NCBI GenBank assembly: GCA_964016885.1
Contig: OZ024744.1
Span: forward strand, 4,898,001-4,962,000
Reading direction: 5' to 3'
Length of the DNA: 64,000 nt
Source of the DNA: Eledone cirrhosa
Lineage: Eukaryota
Numbering within the stretch: the stretch's first letter is position 1; each line of letters starts with the position of its first letter. Made by a program: the position numbers and the translations under genes. Shown one piece after another: positions 24,201 through 38,130 of the stretch. Under the pieces are notes generated by a model. It was not told the DNA's origin and did not search any database. It worked only from the letters and a program-made list of their open reading frames with translations.

Positions 24201-27200
24201 GTTGGTAGCAGAGGTCTATGTTGGTAGACAGTGGTGTTGGTAGCAGAGGTCTATCTTGGTAGACAGTGGTGTTGGTAGCAGAGGTCTATCTTGGTAGACA
24301 GTGGTTTTGGTAGCAGAGGTCTATATTGGTAGACAGTGGTGTTGGTAGTAGAGGTCTATCTTGGTAGACAGTGGTGTTGGTAGCAGATGTCTATCTTGGT
24401 AGACAGTGGTGTTGGTAGCAGAGGTCTATCTTGGTAGACAGTGGTGTTGGTAGCAGAGGTCTATATTGGTAGACAGTGGTGTTGGTAGCAGAGGTCTATC
24501 TTGGTAGACAGTGTTGTTGGTAGCAGAGGTCTATCTTGGTAGACAGTGGTGTTGGTAGCAGACATCTATCTTGGTAGACAGTGGTGTTGGTAGCAGATGT
24601 CTATCTTGGTAGACAGTGGTGTTGGTAGCAGAGGTCTATCTTGGTAGGCAGTGGTGTTGGTAGCAGAGGTCTATCTTGGTAGACAGTGGTGTTGGTAGCA
24701 GAGGTCTATGTTGGTAGACAGTGGTGTTGGTAACAGAGGTCTATCTTGGTAGACAGTGGTGTTGGAAGCAGAGGTCTATCTTGGTAGACAGTGGTGTTGG
24801 TAGCAGAGGTCTATCTTGGTAGACAGTGGTGTTAGTAGCAGAGGTCTATATTGGTAGACAGTGGTGTTGGTAGCAGATGTCTATCTTGGTAGACAGTGGT
24901 GTTGGTAGCAGAGGTCTATCCTGGTAGACAGTGGTGTTGGTAGCAGAGGTCTATCTTGGTAGACAGTAGTGTTGGTAGCAGAGGTCTATCTTGGTAGACA
25001 GTGGTGTTGGTAGCTGAGGTCTAACTTGGTAGACAGTGGTGTTGGTAGCAGAGGTCTATCTTAGTAGACAGTGGTTTGGTAGCAGAGGTCTACCTTGGTA
25101 GACAGTGGTGTCGGTAGCAGAGCTCAATCCTGGTAGACAGTGGTGTTGGTAGCAGAGGTCTATCTTGGTAGACAGTGAGGTTGGTAGCAGAGGTCTATGT
25201 TGGTAGACAGTGGTGTCGGTAGCAGAGCTCTATCTTGGTAGACAGTGGTGTTGGTAGCAGAAGTCTATCTTGGTAGACAGTGAGGTTGGGAGCAGAGGTC
25301 TATGTTGGTAGACAGTGGTGTTGGTAGCAGAGGTCTATCTTGGTAGACAGTGGTGTTGGTAGCAGAGGTTTATCTTGGTAGACAGTGGTGTTGGTAGCAG
25401 AGGTCTATGTTGGTAGACAGTGGTGTTGGTAGCAGAGGTATATCTTGGTAGGCAGTGGTGTTGGTAGCAGAGCTCTATCTTGGTAGACAGTGGTGTTGGT
25501 AGCAGAGGTCTATCTTGGTAGACAGTGGTGTTGGTAGCAGAGGTCTTTCTTGGTAGACAGTGGTGTTGGTAGCAGAGGTCTATGTTGGTAGAAAGTGAGG
25601 TTGGTAGCAGAGGTCTATCTTGGTAGACAGTGAGGGTGGTAGCAGAGGTCTATCTTGGTAGACAGAGGTGTTGGTAGCAGAGGTCTATCTTGGTAGACAG
25701 TGAGGTTGGTATCAGAGGTCTATCTTGGTAGACAGTGAGGTTGGTAGCAGAGGTCTATCTTCGTAGACAGTGAGGTTGGTAGCAGAGGTCTATCTTGGTA
25801 GACAGTGGTGTTGGTAGCAGAGGTCTATGTTGGTAGACAGTGAGGTTGGTAGCAGAGGTCTATCTTGGTAGACAGTGAAGTTGGTAGCAGAGGTCTATCT
25901 TGGTAGACAGTGAGGGTGGTAGCAGAGGTCTATGTTGGTAGACAGTGGTGTTGGTAGCATAGGTCTATCTTGGTAGACAGTGGTGTTGGTAGCAGAGGTC
26001 TATGTTGGTAGACAGTGGTGTTGGTAGTAGAGGTCTATCTTGGTAGACAGTGGTGTTGGTAGCAGATGTCTATCTTGGTAGACAGTGGTGTTGGTAGCAG
26101 AGGTCTATCTTGGTAGACAGTGGTGTTGGTAGCAAATATCTATCTTGGTAGACAGTGTTGTTGGTAGCAGAGGTCTATGTTGGTAGACAGTGGTGTTGGT
26201 AGTAGAGGTCTATCTTGGTAGACAGTGGTGTTGGTAGGAGATGTCTATCTTGGTAGACAGTGGTGTTGGTAGCAGAGGTCTATCTTGGTAGACAGTGGTG
26301 TTGGTAGCAGAGGTTAATCTTGGTAGACAGTGGTGTTGGTAGCAGAGGTCTATCTTGGTAGACAGTGGTGTTGGTAGCAGAGGTCTATCTTGGTAGACAG
26401 TGGTGTTGGTAGCAGAGGTCTATCTTGGTAGACAGTGGTGTTGGTAGCAGAGGTCTATGTTGGTAGAAAGTGAGGTTGGTAGCAGAGGTCTATGTTGGTA
26501 GACAGTGGTGTTGGTAGCAGAGGTCTATCTTGGTAGACAGTGGTGTTGGTAGAAGAGGTCTATGTTGGGAGACAGTGAGGTTGGTAGCAGAGGTCTATCT
26601 TGGCAGACAGTGAGGTTGGTAGCAGAGGTCTATCTTGGTAGACAGTGGTGTTGGTAGCAGAGGTCTATCTTGGTAGACAGTGAAGTTGGTAGCAGATGTC
26701 TATCTTGGTAGACAGTGGTGTTGGTAGCAGAGATCTATCTTGGTAGACAGTGAGGTTGGTAGCAGAGGTCTATCTTGGTAGACAGTGGTGTTGGTAGCAG
26801 AGGTCTATCTTGGTAGACAGTGGTGTTGGTAGCAGAGGTCTATGTTGGTAGACAGTGGTGTTGATAGCAGAGGTTAATCTTGGTAGACAGTGGTGTTGGT
26901 AGCAGAGGTCTATCTTGGTAGACAGTGGTGTTGGTAGCAGAGGTCTATCTTGGTAGACAGTGGTGTTGGTAGCAGAGGTCTATGTTGGTAGACAGTGGTG
27001 TTTGTAGCAGAGGACTATGTTGGTAGACAGTGGTGTTGGTAGCAGAGGTCTATCTTGGTAGACATTGAGGTTGGTAGCAGAGGTCTATCTTGGTAGACAG
27101 TGGTGTTGGTAGCAGAGATCTATGTTGGTAGACAGTGGTGTTGGTAGCAGAGGTCTATCTTAGTAGACAGTGGTGTTGGTAGCAGAGGTCTATCTTGGTA

Positions 27201-30200
27201 GACAGTGAAGTTGGTAGCAGAGGTCTATCTTGGTAGACAGTGAGGTTGGTAGCAGAGGTCTATCTTGGTAGACAGTGGTGTTGGTAGCAGAGGTATATCT
27301 TGGTAGACAGTGAGGTTGGTAACAGATATCTATCTTGGTAGACATTGGTGTTCGTAGCAGAGGTCTATGTTGGTAGACAGTGGTGTTGGTAGCAAAGGTC
27401 TATCTTGGTAGTCAGTGGTGTTGGTAGCAGAGGTCTATCTTGGTAGACAGTGGTGTTGGTAGCAGAGGTCTATCTTGGTAGACAGTGGTGTTGGTACCAG
27501 AGGTCTATGTTGGTAGACAGTGAGGTTGCTAGCAGAGGTCTATCTTGGTAGACAGTGGTGTTGGTAGCAGAGGTCTATCTTGGTAGACAGTGGTGTTGGT
27601 AGAAGAGGTCTATGTTGGTAGACAGTGAGGTTGGTAGCAGAGGTCTATCTTGGCAGACAGTGAGGTTGGTAGCAGAGGTCTATCTTGGTAGACAGTGGTG
27701 TTGGTAGCAGAGGTCTATCTTGGTAGACAGTGAGGTTGGTAGCAGATGTCTATCTTGGTAGACAGTGGTGTTGGTAGCAGAGATCTATCTTGGTAGACAG
27801 TGAGGTTGGTAGCAGAGGTCTATCTTGGTAGACAGTGGTGTTGGTAGCAGAGGTCTATCTTGGTAGACAGTGGTGTTGGTAGCAGAGGTCTATGTTGGTA
27901 GACAGTGGTGTTGATAGCAGAGGTTAATCTTGGTAGACAGTGGTGTTGGTAGCAGAGGTCTATCTTGGTAGACAGTGGTGTTGGTAGCAGAGGTCTATCT
28001 TGGTAGACAGTGGTGTTGGTAGCAGAGGTCTATGTTGGTAGACAGTGGTGTTTGTAGCAGAGGACTATGTTGGTAGACAGTGGTGTTGGTAGCAGAGGTC
28101 TATCTTGGTAGACATTGAGGTTGGTAGCAGAGGTCTATCTTGGTAGACAGTGGTGTTGGTAGCAGAGATCTATGTTGGTAGACAGTGGTGTTGGTAGCAG
28201 AGGTCTATCTTAGTAGACAGTGGTGTTGGTAGCAGAGGTCTATCTTGGTAGACAGTGAAGTTGGTAGCAGAGGTCTATCTTGGTAGACAGTGAGGTTGGT
28301 AGCAGAGGTCTATCTTGGTAGACAGTGGTGTTGGTAGCAGAGGTCTATCTTGGTAGACAGTGAGGTTGGTAACAGAGGTCTATCTTGGTAGACAGTGGTG
28401 TTGTAGCAGAGGTCTATCTCGGTAGACAGTGAGGTTGGTAGCAGAGGTCTATGCTGGTAGACAGTGGTGTTGGTAGCAGAGGTCTCTCTTGGTAGACAGT
28501 GGTGTTGGTAGCAGAGGTCTATCTTGGTAGACAGTGGTGTTGGTAGCAGAGGCCTATGTTGGTAGACAGTGAGGTTGCTAGCAGAGGCCTATCTTGGTAG
28601 ACAGTGGTGTTGGTAGCAGAGGTCTATCTTGGTAGACAGTGAGGTTGGTAACAGATATCTATCTTGGTAGACAGTGGTGTTCGTAGCAGAGGTCTATGTT
28701 GGTAGACAGTGGTGTTGGTAGCAAAGGTCTATCTTGGTAGTCAGTGGTGTTGGTAGCAGAGGTCTATCTTGGTAGACAGTGGTGTTGGTAGCAGAGGTCT
28801 ATCTTGGTAGACAGTGGTGTTGGTAGCAGAGGTCTATGTTGGTAGACAGTGAGGTTGCTAGCAGAGGTCTATCTTGGTAGACAGTGGTGTTGGTAGCAGA
28901 GGTCTATCTTGGTAGACAGTGGTGTTGGTAGAAGCGGTCTATGTTGGTAGACAGTGAGGTTGGTAGCAGAGGTCTATCTTGGCAGACAGTGAGGTTGGTA
29001 GCAGAGGTCTATCTTGGTAGACAGTGGTGTTGGTAGCAGAGGTCTATCTTGGTAGACAGTGAGGTTGGTAGCAGATGTCTATCTTGGTAGACAGTGGTGT
29101 TGGTAGCAGAGATCTATCTTGGTAGACAGTGAGGTTGGTAGCAGAGGTCTATCTTGGTAGACAGTGGTGTTGGTAGCAGAGGTCTATCTTGGTAGACAGT
29201 GGTGTTGGTAGCAGAGGTCTATGTTGGTAGACAGTGGTGTTGATAGCAGAGGTTAATCTTGGTAGACAGTGGTGTTGGTAGCAGAGGTCTATCTTGGTAG
29301 ACAGTGGTGTTGGTAGCAGAGGTCTATCTTGGTAGACAGTGGTGTTGGTAGCAGAGGTCTATGTTGGTAGACAGTGGTGTTTGTAGCAGAGGACTATGTT
29401 GGTAGACAGTGGTGTTGGTAGCAGAGGTCTATCTTGGTAGACATTGAGGTTGGTAGCAGAGGTCTATCTTGGTAGACAGTGGTGTTGGTAGCAGAGATCT
29501 ATGTTGGTAGACAGTGGTGTTGGTAGCAGAGGTCTACCTTAGTAGACAGTGGTGTTGGTAGCAGAGGTCTATCTTGGTAGACAGTGAAGTTGGTAGCAGA
29601 GGTCTATCTTGGTAGACAGTGAGGTTGGTAGCAGAGGTCTATCTTGGTAGACAGTGGTGTTGGTAGCAGAGGTCTATCTTGGTAGACAGTGAGGTTGGTA
29701 ACAGAGGTCTATCTTGGTAGACAGTGGTGTTGTAGCAGAGGTCTATCTCGGTAGACAGTGAGGTTGGTAGCAGAGGTCTATGCTGGTAGACAGTGGTGTT
29801 GGTAGCAGAGGTCTATCTTGGTAGACAGTGGTGTTGGTAGCAGAGGTCTATGTTGGTAGACAGTGGTGTTGGTAGCATAGGTCTATCTTGGTAGACAGTG
29901 GTGTTGGTAGCAGAGGTCTATGTTGGTAGACAGTGGTGTTGGTAGTAGAGGTCTATCTTGGTAGACAGTGGTGTTGGTAGCAGATGTCTATCTTGGTAGA
30001 CAGTGGTGTTGGTAGCAGAGGTCTATCTTGGTAGACAGTGGTGTTGGTAGCAGATATCTATCTTGGTAGACAGTGGTGTTGGTAGCAGAGGTCTATGTTG
30101 GTAGACAGTGGTGTTGGTAGCAGAGGTCTATCTTGGTAGTCAGTGGTGTTGGTAGCAGAGGTCTATCTTGGTAGACAGTGGTGTTGGTAGCAGAGGTCTA

Positions 30201-33200
30201 TGTTGGGAGACAGTGAGGTTGGTAGCAGAGGTCTATCTTGGTAGACAGTGGTGTTGGTAGCAGAGGTCTATGTTGGTAGACAGTGGTGTTGGTAGCAGAG
30301 GTCTATCTTGGTAGACATTGAGGTTGGTAGCAGAGGTCTATCTTGGTAGACAGTGGTGTTGGTAGCAGAGATCTATGTTGGTAGACAGTGGTGTTGGTAG
30401 CAGAGGTCTATCTTAGTAGACAGTGGTGTTGGTAGCAGAGGTCTATCTTGGTAGACAGTGAAGTTGGTAGCAGAGGTCTATCTTGGTAGACAGTGAGGTT
30501 GGTATCAGAGGTCTATCTTGGTAGACAGTGGTGTTGGTAGCAGAGGTATATCTTGGTAGACAGTGAGGTTGGTAACAGATATCTATCTTGGTAGACATTG
30601 TTGTTCGTAGCAGAGGTCTATGTTGGTAGACAGTGGTGTTGGTAGCAAAGGTCTATCTTGGTAGTCAGTGGTGTTGGTAGCAGAGGTCTATCTTGGTAGA
30701 CAGTGGTGTTGGTAACAGAGGTCTATGTTGGTAGACAGTGGTGTTGGTAATAGAGGTCTATCTTGGTAGACAGTGGTGTTGGTAGCAGATGTCTATCTTG
30801 GTAGACAGTGGTGTTGGTAGCAGAGGTCTATCTTGGTAGACAGTGGTGTTGGTAGGAGAGGTCTATCTTGGTAGACAGTGGTGTTGGTAGCAGAGGTCTA
30901 TCTTGGTAGAAAGTGGTGTTGGTAGGAGAGGTCTATCTTGGTAGACAGTGGTGTTGGTAGCAGAGGTCTATCTTGGTAGACAGTGGTGTTGGTAGCAGAG
31001 GTCTATATTGGTAGACAGTGGTGTTGGTAGCAGATGTCTATCTTGGTAGACAGTGGTGTTGGTAGCAGAGGTCTATCTTGGTAGACAGTGGTGGTGGTAG
31101 CAGAGGTCTATCTTGTTAGACAGTGTTGTTGGTAGCAGAGGTCTATCTTAGTAGACAGTGGTGTTGGTAGCAGAGGTCTATCCTGGTAGACAGTGGTGTT
31201 GGTAGCAGAGGTCTATCTTGGTAGACAGTAGTGTTGGTAGCAGAGGTCTATCTTGGTAGACAGTGGTGTTGGTAGCTGAGGTCTAACTTGGTAGACAGTG
31301 GTGTTGGTAGCAGAGGTCTATCTTAGTAGACAGTGGTGTTGGTAGCAGAGGTCTATCTTGGTAGACAGTGGTGTTGGTAGCAGAGGTCTATCTTGGTAGA
31401 CAGTGGTGTTGGTAGCAGAGGTCTATGTTGGTAGAAAGTGAGGTTGGTAGCAGAGGTCTATGTTGGTAGACAGTGGTGTTGGTAGCAGAGGTCTATCTTG
31501 GTAGACAGTGGTGTTGGTAGAAGAGGTCTATGTTGGTAGACAGTGAGGTTGGTAGCAGAGGTCTATCTTGGCAGACAGTGAGGTTGGTAGCAGAGGTCTA
31601 TCTTGGTAGACAGTGGTGTTGGTAGCAGAGGTCTATCTTGGTAGACAGTGAGGTTGGTAGCAGATGTCTATCTTGGTAGACAGTGGTGTTGGTAGCAGAG
31701 GTCTATCTTGGTAGACAGTGGTGTTGGTAGCAGAGGTCTATGTTGGTAGACAGTGGTGTTTGTAGCAGAGGACTATGTTGGTAGACAGTGGTGTTGGTAG
31801 CAGAGGTCTATCTTGGTAGACATTGAGGTTGGTAGCAGAGGTCTATCTTGGTAGACAGTGGTGTTGGTAGCAGAGATCTATGTTGGTAGACAGTGGTGTT
31901 GGTAGCAGAGGTCTATCTTAGTAGACAGTGGTGTTGGTAGCAGAGGTCTATCTTGGTAGACAGTGAAGTTGGTAGCAGAGGTCTATCTTGGTAGACAGTG
32001 AGGTTGGTAGCAGAGGTCTATATTGGTAGACAGTGAGGTTGGTAGCAGAGGTCTATCTTGGTAGACAGTGAGGTTGGTAGCAGAGCTCTATCTTGGTAGA
32101 AAGTGGTGTTGGTAGCAGAGGTCTATGTTGGTAGACAGTGGTGTTGGTAGCAGAGGTTTATCTTGGTAGACAGTGGTGTTGGTAGCAGAGGTCTATGTTG
32201 GTAGACAGTGGTGTTGGTAGCAGAGGTATATCTTGGTAGGCAGTGGTGTTGGTAGCAGAGCTCTATCTTGGTAGACAGTGGTGTTGGTAGCAGAGGTCTT
32301 TCTTGGTAGACAGTGGTGTTGCTAGCAGAGGTCTATGTTGGTAGAAAGTGAGGTTGGTAGCTGAGGTCTATGTTGGTAGACAGTGGTGCTGGTAGCAGAA
32401 GTCTATCTTGGTAGACAGTGAGGTTGGTATCAGAGGTCTATCTTGGTAGACAGTGGTGTTGGTAGCAGAGGTCTATCTTGGTAGACAGTGGTGTTGGTAG
32501 CAGAGGTCTATCTTGGTAGACAGTGGTGTTGGTAGCAGAGGTCTATCTTGGTAGACAGTGGTGTTGGTAGCAGAGGTCTATCTTGGTAGACAGTGGTGTT
32601 GCTAGCAGAGGTCTATCTTGGTAGACAGTGGTGTTGGTAGCAAAGGTCTATGTTGGTAGACAGTGAGGTTGGTAGCAGAGGTCTATCTTGGTAGACAGTG
32701 AGGGTGCTTGCAGAGGTCTATCTTGGTAGACAGTGGTGTTGGTAGCAGAGGTCTATCTTGGTAGACAGTGAGGTTGGTATCAGAGGTCTATCTTGGTAGA
32801 CAGTGAGGTTGGTAGCAGAGGTCTATGTTGGTAGACATTGGTGTTGGTAGCATAGGTCTATCTTGGTAGACAGTGGTGTTGGTAGCAGAGGTCTATGTTG
32901 GTAGACAGTGGTGTTGGTAGTAGAGGTCTATCTTCGTAGACAGTGGTGTTGGTAGCAGATGTCTATCTTGGTAGACAGTGGTGTTGGTAGCAGAGGTCTA
33001 TCTTGGTAGACAGTGGTGTTGGTAGCAGATATCTATCTTGGTAGACAGTGGTGTTGGTAGCAGAGGTCTATGTTGGTAGACAGTGGTGTTGGTAGCAGAG
33101 GTCTATCTTGGTAGTCAGTGGTGTTGGTAGCAGAGGTCTATCTTGGTAGACAGTGGTGTTGGTAGCAGAGGTCTATCTTGGTAGACAGTGGTGTTGGTAG

Positions 33201-36200
33201 CAGAGGTCTATGTTGGTAGAAAGTGAGGTTGGTAGCAGAGGTCTATGTTGGTAGACAGTGGTGTTGGTAGCAGAGGTCTATCTTGGTAGACAGTGGTGTT
33301 GGTAGAAGAGGTCTATGTTGGTAGACAGTGAGGTTGGTAGCAGAGGTCTATCTTGGCAGACAGTGAGGTTGGTAGCAGAGGTCTATGTTGGTAGACAGTG
33401 GTGTTGGTAGCAGAGGTCTATGTTGGTAGACAGTGGTGTTGGTAGCAGAGGTCTATCTTGGTAGACAGTGGTGTTGGTAGCAGAGGTCTATCTTGGTAGA
33501 CAGTGGTTTTGGTAGCAGAGGTCTATATTGGTAGACAGTGGTGTTGGTAGTAGAGGTCTATCTTGGTAGACAGTGGTGTTGGTAGCAGATGTCTATCTTG
33601 GTAGACAGTGGTGTTGGTAGCAGAGGTCTATCTTGGTAGACAGTGGTGTTGGTAGCAGAGGTCTATATTGGTAGACAGTGGTGTTGGTAGCAGAGGTCTA
33701 TCTTGGTAGACAGTGTTGTTGGTAGCAGAGGTCTATCTTGGTAGACAGTGGTGTTGGTAGCAGACATCTATCTTGGTAGACAGTGGTGTTGGTAGCAGAT
33801 GTCTATCTTGGTAGACAGTGGTGTTGGTAGCAGAGGTCTATCTTGGTAGGCAGTGGTGTTGGTAGCAGAGGTCTATCTTGGTAGACAGTGGTGTTGGTAG
33901 CAGAGGTCTATGTTGGTAGACAGTGGTGTTGGTAACAGAGGTCTATCTTGGTAGACAGTGGTGTTGGAAGCAGAGGTCTATCTTGGTAGACAGTGGTGTT
34001 GGTAGCAGAGGTCTATCTTGGTAGACAGTGGTGTTAGTAGCAGAGGTCTATATTGGTAGACAGTGGTGTTGGTAGCAGATGTCTATCTTGGTAGACAGTG
34101 GTGTTGGTAGCAGAGGTCTATCCTGGTAGACAGTGGTGTTGGTAGCAGAGGTCTATCTTGGTAGACAGTAGTGTTGGTAGCAGAGGTCTATCTTGGTAGA
34201 CAGTGGTGTTGGTAGCTGAGGTCTAACTTGGTAGACAGTGGTGTTGGTAGCAGAGGTCTATCTTAGTAGACAGTGGTTTGGTAGCAGAGGTCTACCTTGG
34301 TAGACAGTGGTGTCGGTAGCAGAGCTCAATCCTGGTAGACAGTGGTGTTGGTAGCAGAGGTCTATCTTGGTAGACAGTGAGGTTGGTAGCAGAGGTCTAT
34401 GTTGGTAGACAGTGGTGTCGGTAGCAGAGCTCTATCTTGGTAGACAGTGGTGTTGGTAGCAGAAGTCTATCTTGGTAGACAGTGAGGTTGGGAGCAGAGG
34501 TCTATGTTGGTAGACAGTGGTGTTGGTAGCAGAGGTCTATCTTGGTAGACAGTGGTGTTGGTAGCAGAGGTTTATCTTGGTAGACAGTGGTGTTGGTAGC
34601 AGAGGTCTATGTTGGTAGACAGTGGTGTTGGTAGCAGAGGTATATCTTGGTAGGCAGTGGTGTTGGTAGCAGAGCTCTATCTTGGTAGACAGTGGTGTTG
34701 GTAGCAGAGGTCTATCTTGGTAGACAGTGGTGTTGGTAGCAGAGGTCTTTCTTGGTAGACAGTGGTGTTGGTAGCAGAGGTCTATGTTGGTAGAAAGTGA
34801 GGTTGGTAGCAGAGGTCTATCTTGGTAGACAGTGAGGGTGGTAGCAGAGGTCTATCTTGGTAGACAGAGGTGTTGGTAGCAGAGGTCTATCTTGGTAGAC
34901 AGTGAGGTTGGTATCAGAGGTCTATCTTGGTAGACAGTGAGGTTGGTAGCAGAGGTCTATCTTCGTAGACAGTGAGGTTGGTAGCAGAGGTCTATCTTGG
35001 TAGACAGTGGTGTTGGTAGCAGAGGTCTATGTTGGTAGACAGTGAGGTTGGTAGCAGAGGTCTATCTTGGTAGACAGTGAAGTTGGTAGCAGAGGTCTAT
35101 CTTGGTAGACAGTGAGGGTGGTAGCAGAGGTCTATGTTGGTAGACAGTGGTGTTGGTAGCATAGGTCTATCTTGGTAGACAGTGGTGTTGGTAGCAGAGG
35201 TCTATGTTGGTAGACAGTGGTGTTGGTAGTAGAGGTCTATCTTGGTAGACAGTGGTGTTGGTAGCAGATGTCTATCTTGGTAGACAGTGGTGTTGGTAGC
35301 AGAGGTCTATCTTGGTAGACAGTGGTGTTGGTAGCAAATATCTATCTTGGTAGACAGTGTTGTTGGTAGCAGAGGTCTATGTTGGTAGACAGTGGTGTTG
35401 GTAGTAGAGGTCTATCTTGGTAGACAGTGGTGTTGGTAGGAGATGTCTATCTTGGTAGACAGTGGTGTTGGTAGCAGAGGTCTATCTTGGTAGACAGTGC
35501 TGTTGGTAGCAGAGGTTAATCTTGGTAGACAGTGGTGTTGGTAGCAGAGGTCTATCTTGGTAGACAGTGGTGTTGGTAGCAGAGGTCTATCTTGGTAGAC
35601 AGTGGTGTTGGTAGCAGAGGTCTATCTTGGTAGACAGTGGTGTTGGTAGCAGAGGTCTATGTTGGTAGAAAGTGAGGTTGGTAGCAGAGGTCTATGTTGG
35701 TAGACAGTGGTGTTGGTAGCAGAGGTCTATCTTGGTAGACAGTGGTGTTGGTAGAAGAGGTCTATGTTGGTAGACAGTGAGGTTGGTAGCAGAGGTCTAT
35801 CTTGGCAGACAGTGAGGTTGGTAGCAGAGGTCTATCTTGGTAGACAGTGGTGTTGGTAGCAGAGGTCTATCTTGGTAGACAGTGAAGTTGGTAGCAGATG
35901 TCTATCTTGGTAGACAGTGGTGTTGGTAGCAGAGATCTATCTTGGTAGACAGTGAGGTTGGTAGCAGAGGTCTATCTTGGTAGACAGTGGTGTTGGTAGC
36001 AGAGGTCTATCTTGGTAGACAGTGGTGTTGGTAGCAGAGGTCTATGTTGGTAGACAGTGGTGTTGATAGCAGAGGTTAATCTTGGTAGACAGTGGTGTTG
36101 GTAGCAGAGGTCTATCTTGGTAGACAGTGGTGTTGGTAGCAGAGGTCTATCTTGGTAGACAGTGGTGTTGGTAGCAGAGGTCTATGTTGGTAGACAGTGG

Positions 36201-38130
36201 TGTTTGTAGCAGAGGACTATGTTGGTAGACAGTGGTGTTGGTAGCAGAGGTCTATCTTGGTAGACATTGAGGTTGGTAGCAGAGGTCTATCTTGGTAGAC
36301 AGTGGTGTTGGTAGCAGAGATCTATGTTGGTAGACAGTGGTGTTGGTAGCAGAAATCTATCTTAGTAGACAGTGGTGTTGGTAGCAGAGGTCTATCTTGG
36401 TAGACAGTGAAGTTGGTAGCAGAGGTCTATCTTGGTAGACAGTGAGGTTGGTAGCAGAGGTCTATCTTGGTAGACAGTGGTGTTGGTAGCAGAGGTATAT
36501 CTTGGTAGACAGTGAGGTTGGTAACAGATATCTATCTTGGTAGACATTGGTGTTCGTAGCAGAGGTCTATGTTGGTAGACAGTGGTGTTGGTAGCAAAGG
36601 TCTATCTTGGTAGTCAGTGGTGTTGGTAGCAGAGGTCTATCTTGGTAGACAGTGGTGTTGGTAGCAGAGGTCTATCTTGGTAGACAGTGGTGTTGGTAGC
36701 AGAGGTCTATGTTGGTAGACAGTGAGGTTGCTAGCAGAGGTCTATCTTGGTAGACAGTGGTGTTGGTAGCAGAGGTCTATCTTGGTAGACAGTGGTGTTG
36801 GTAGAAGAGGTCTATGTTGGTAGACAGTGAGGTTGGTAGCAGAGGTCTATCTTGGCAGACAGTGAGGTTGGTAGCAGAGGTCTATCTTGGTAGACAGTGG
36901 TGTTGGTAGCAGAGGTCTATCTTGGTAGACAGTGAGGTTGGTAGCAGATGTCTATCTTGGTAGACAGTGGTGTTGGTAGCAGAGATCTATCTTGGTAGAC
37001 AGTGAGGTTGGTAGCAGAGGTCTATCTTGGTAGACAGTGGTGTTGGTAGCAGAGGTCTATCTTGGTAGACAGTGGTGTTGGTAGCAGAGGTCTATGTTGG
37101 TAGACAGTGGTGTTGATAGCAGAGGTTAATCTTGGTAGACAGTGGTGTTGGTAGCAGAGGTCTATCTTGGTAGACAGTGGTGTTGGTAGCAGAGGTCTAT
37201 CTTGGTAGACAGTGGTGTTGGTAGCAGAGGTCTATGTTGGTAGACAGTGGTGTTTGTAGCAGAGGACTATGTTGGTAGACAGTGGTGTTGGTAGCAGAGG
37301 TCTATCTTGGTAGACATTGAGGTTGGTAGCAGAGGTCTATCTTGGTAGACAGTGGTGTTGGTAGCAGAGATCTATGTTGGTAGACAGTGGTGTTGGTAGC
37401 AGAGGTCTATCTTAGTAGACAGTGGTGTTGGTAGCAGAGGTCTATCTTGGTAGACAGTGAAGTTGGTAGCAGAGGTCTATCTTGGTAGACAGTGAGGTTG
37501 GTAGCAGAGGTCTATCTTGGTAGACAGTGGTGTTGGTAGCAGAGGTCTATCTTGGTAGACAGTGAGGTTGGTAACAGAGGTCTATCTTGGTAGACAGTGG
37601 TGTTGTAGCAGAGGTCTATCTCGGTAGACAGTGAGGTTGGTAGCAGAGGTCTATGCTGGTAGACAGTGGTGTTGGTAGCAGAGGTCTATCTTGGTAGACA
37701 GTGGTGTTGGTAGCAGAGGTCTATCTTGGTAGACAGTGGTGTTGGTAGCAGAGGCCTATGTTGGTAGACAGTGAGGTTGCTAGCAGAGGCCTATCTTGGT
37801 AGACAGTGGTGTTGGTAGCAGAGGTCTATCTTGGTAGACAGTGAGGTTGGTAACAGATATCTATCTTGGTAGACAGTGGTGTTCGTAGCAGAGGTCTATG
37901 TTGGTAGACAGTGGTGTTGGTAGCAAAGGTCTATCTTGGTAGTCAGTGGTGTTGGTAGCAGAGGTCTATCTTGGTAGACAGTGGTGTTGGTAGCAGAGGT
38001 CTATCTTGGTAGACAGTGGTGTTGGTAGCAGAGGTCTATGTTGGTAGACAGTGAGGTTGCTAGCAGAGGTCTATCTTGGTAGACAGTGGTGTTGGTAGCA
38101 GAGGTCTATCTTGATAGACAGTGGTGTTGG
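21240..38130 (+). repeat. Copy 2 of the 21,239-bp-offset block, lacking 6 monomers near 31,700
   Basis: Same ordered series of variant monomers as 1-17,100. Colinearity ends after TTGATAGAC at ~38,111. Confidence 0.92.
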
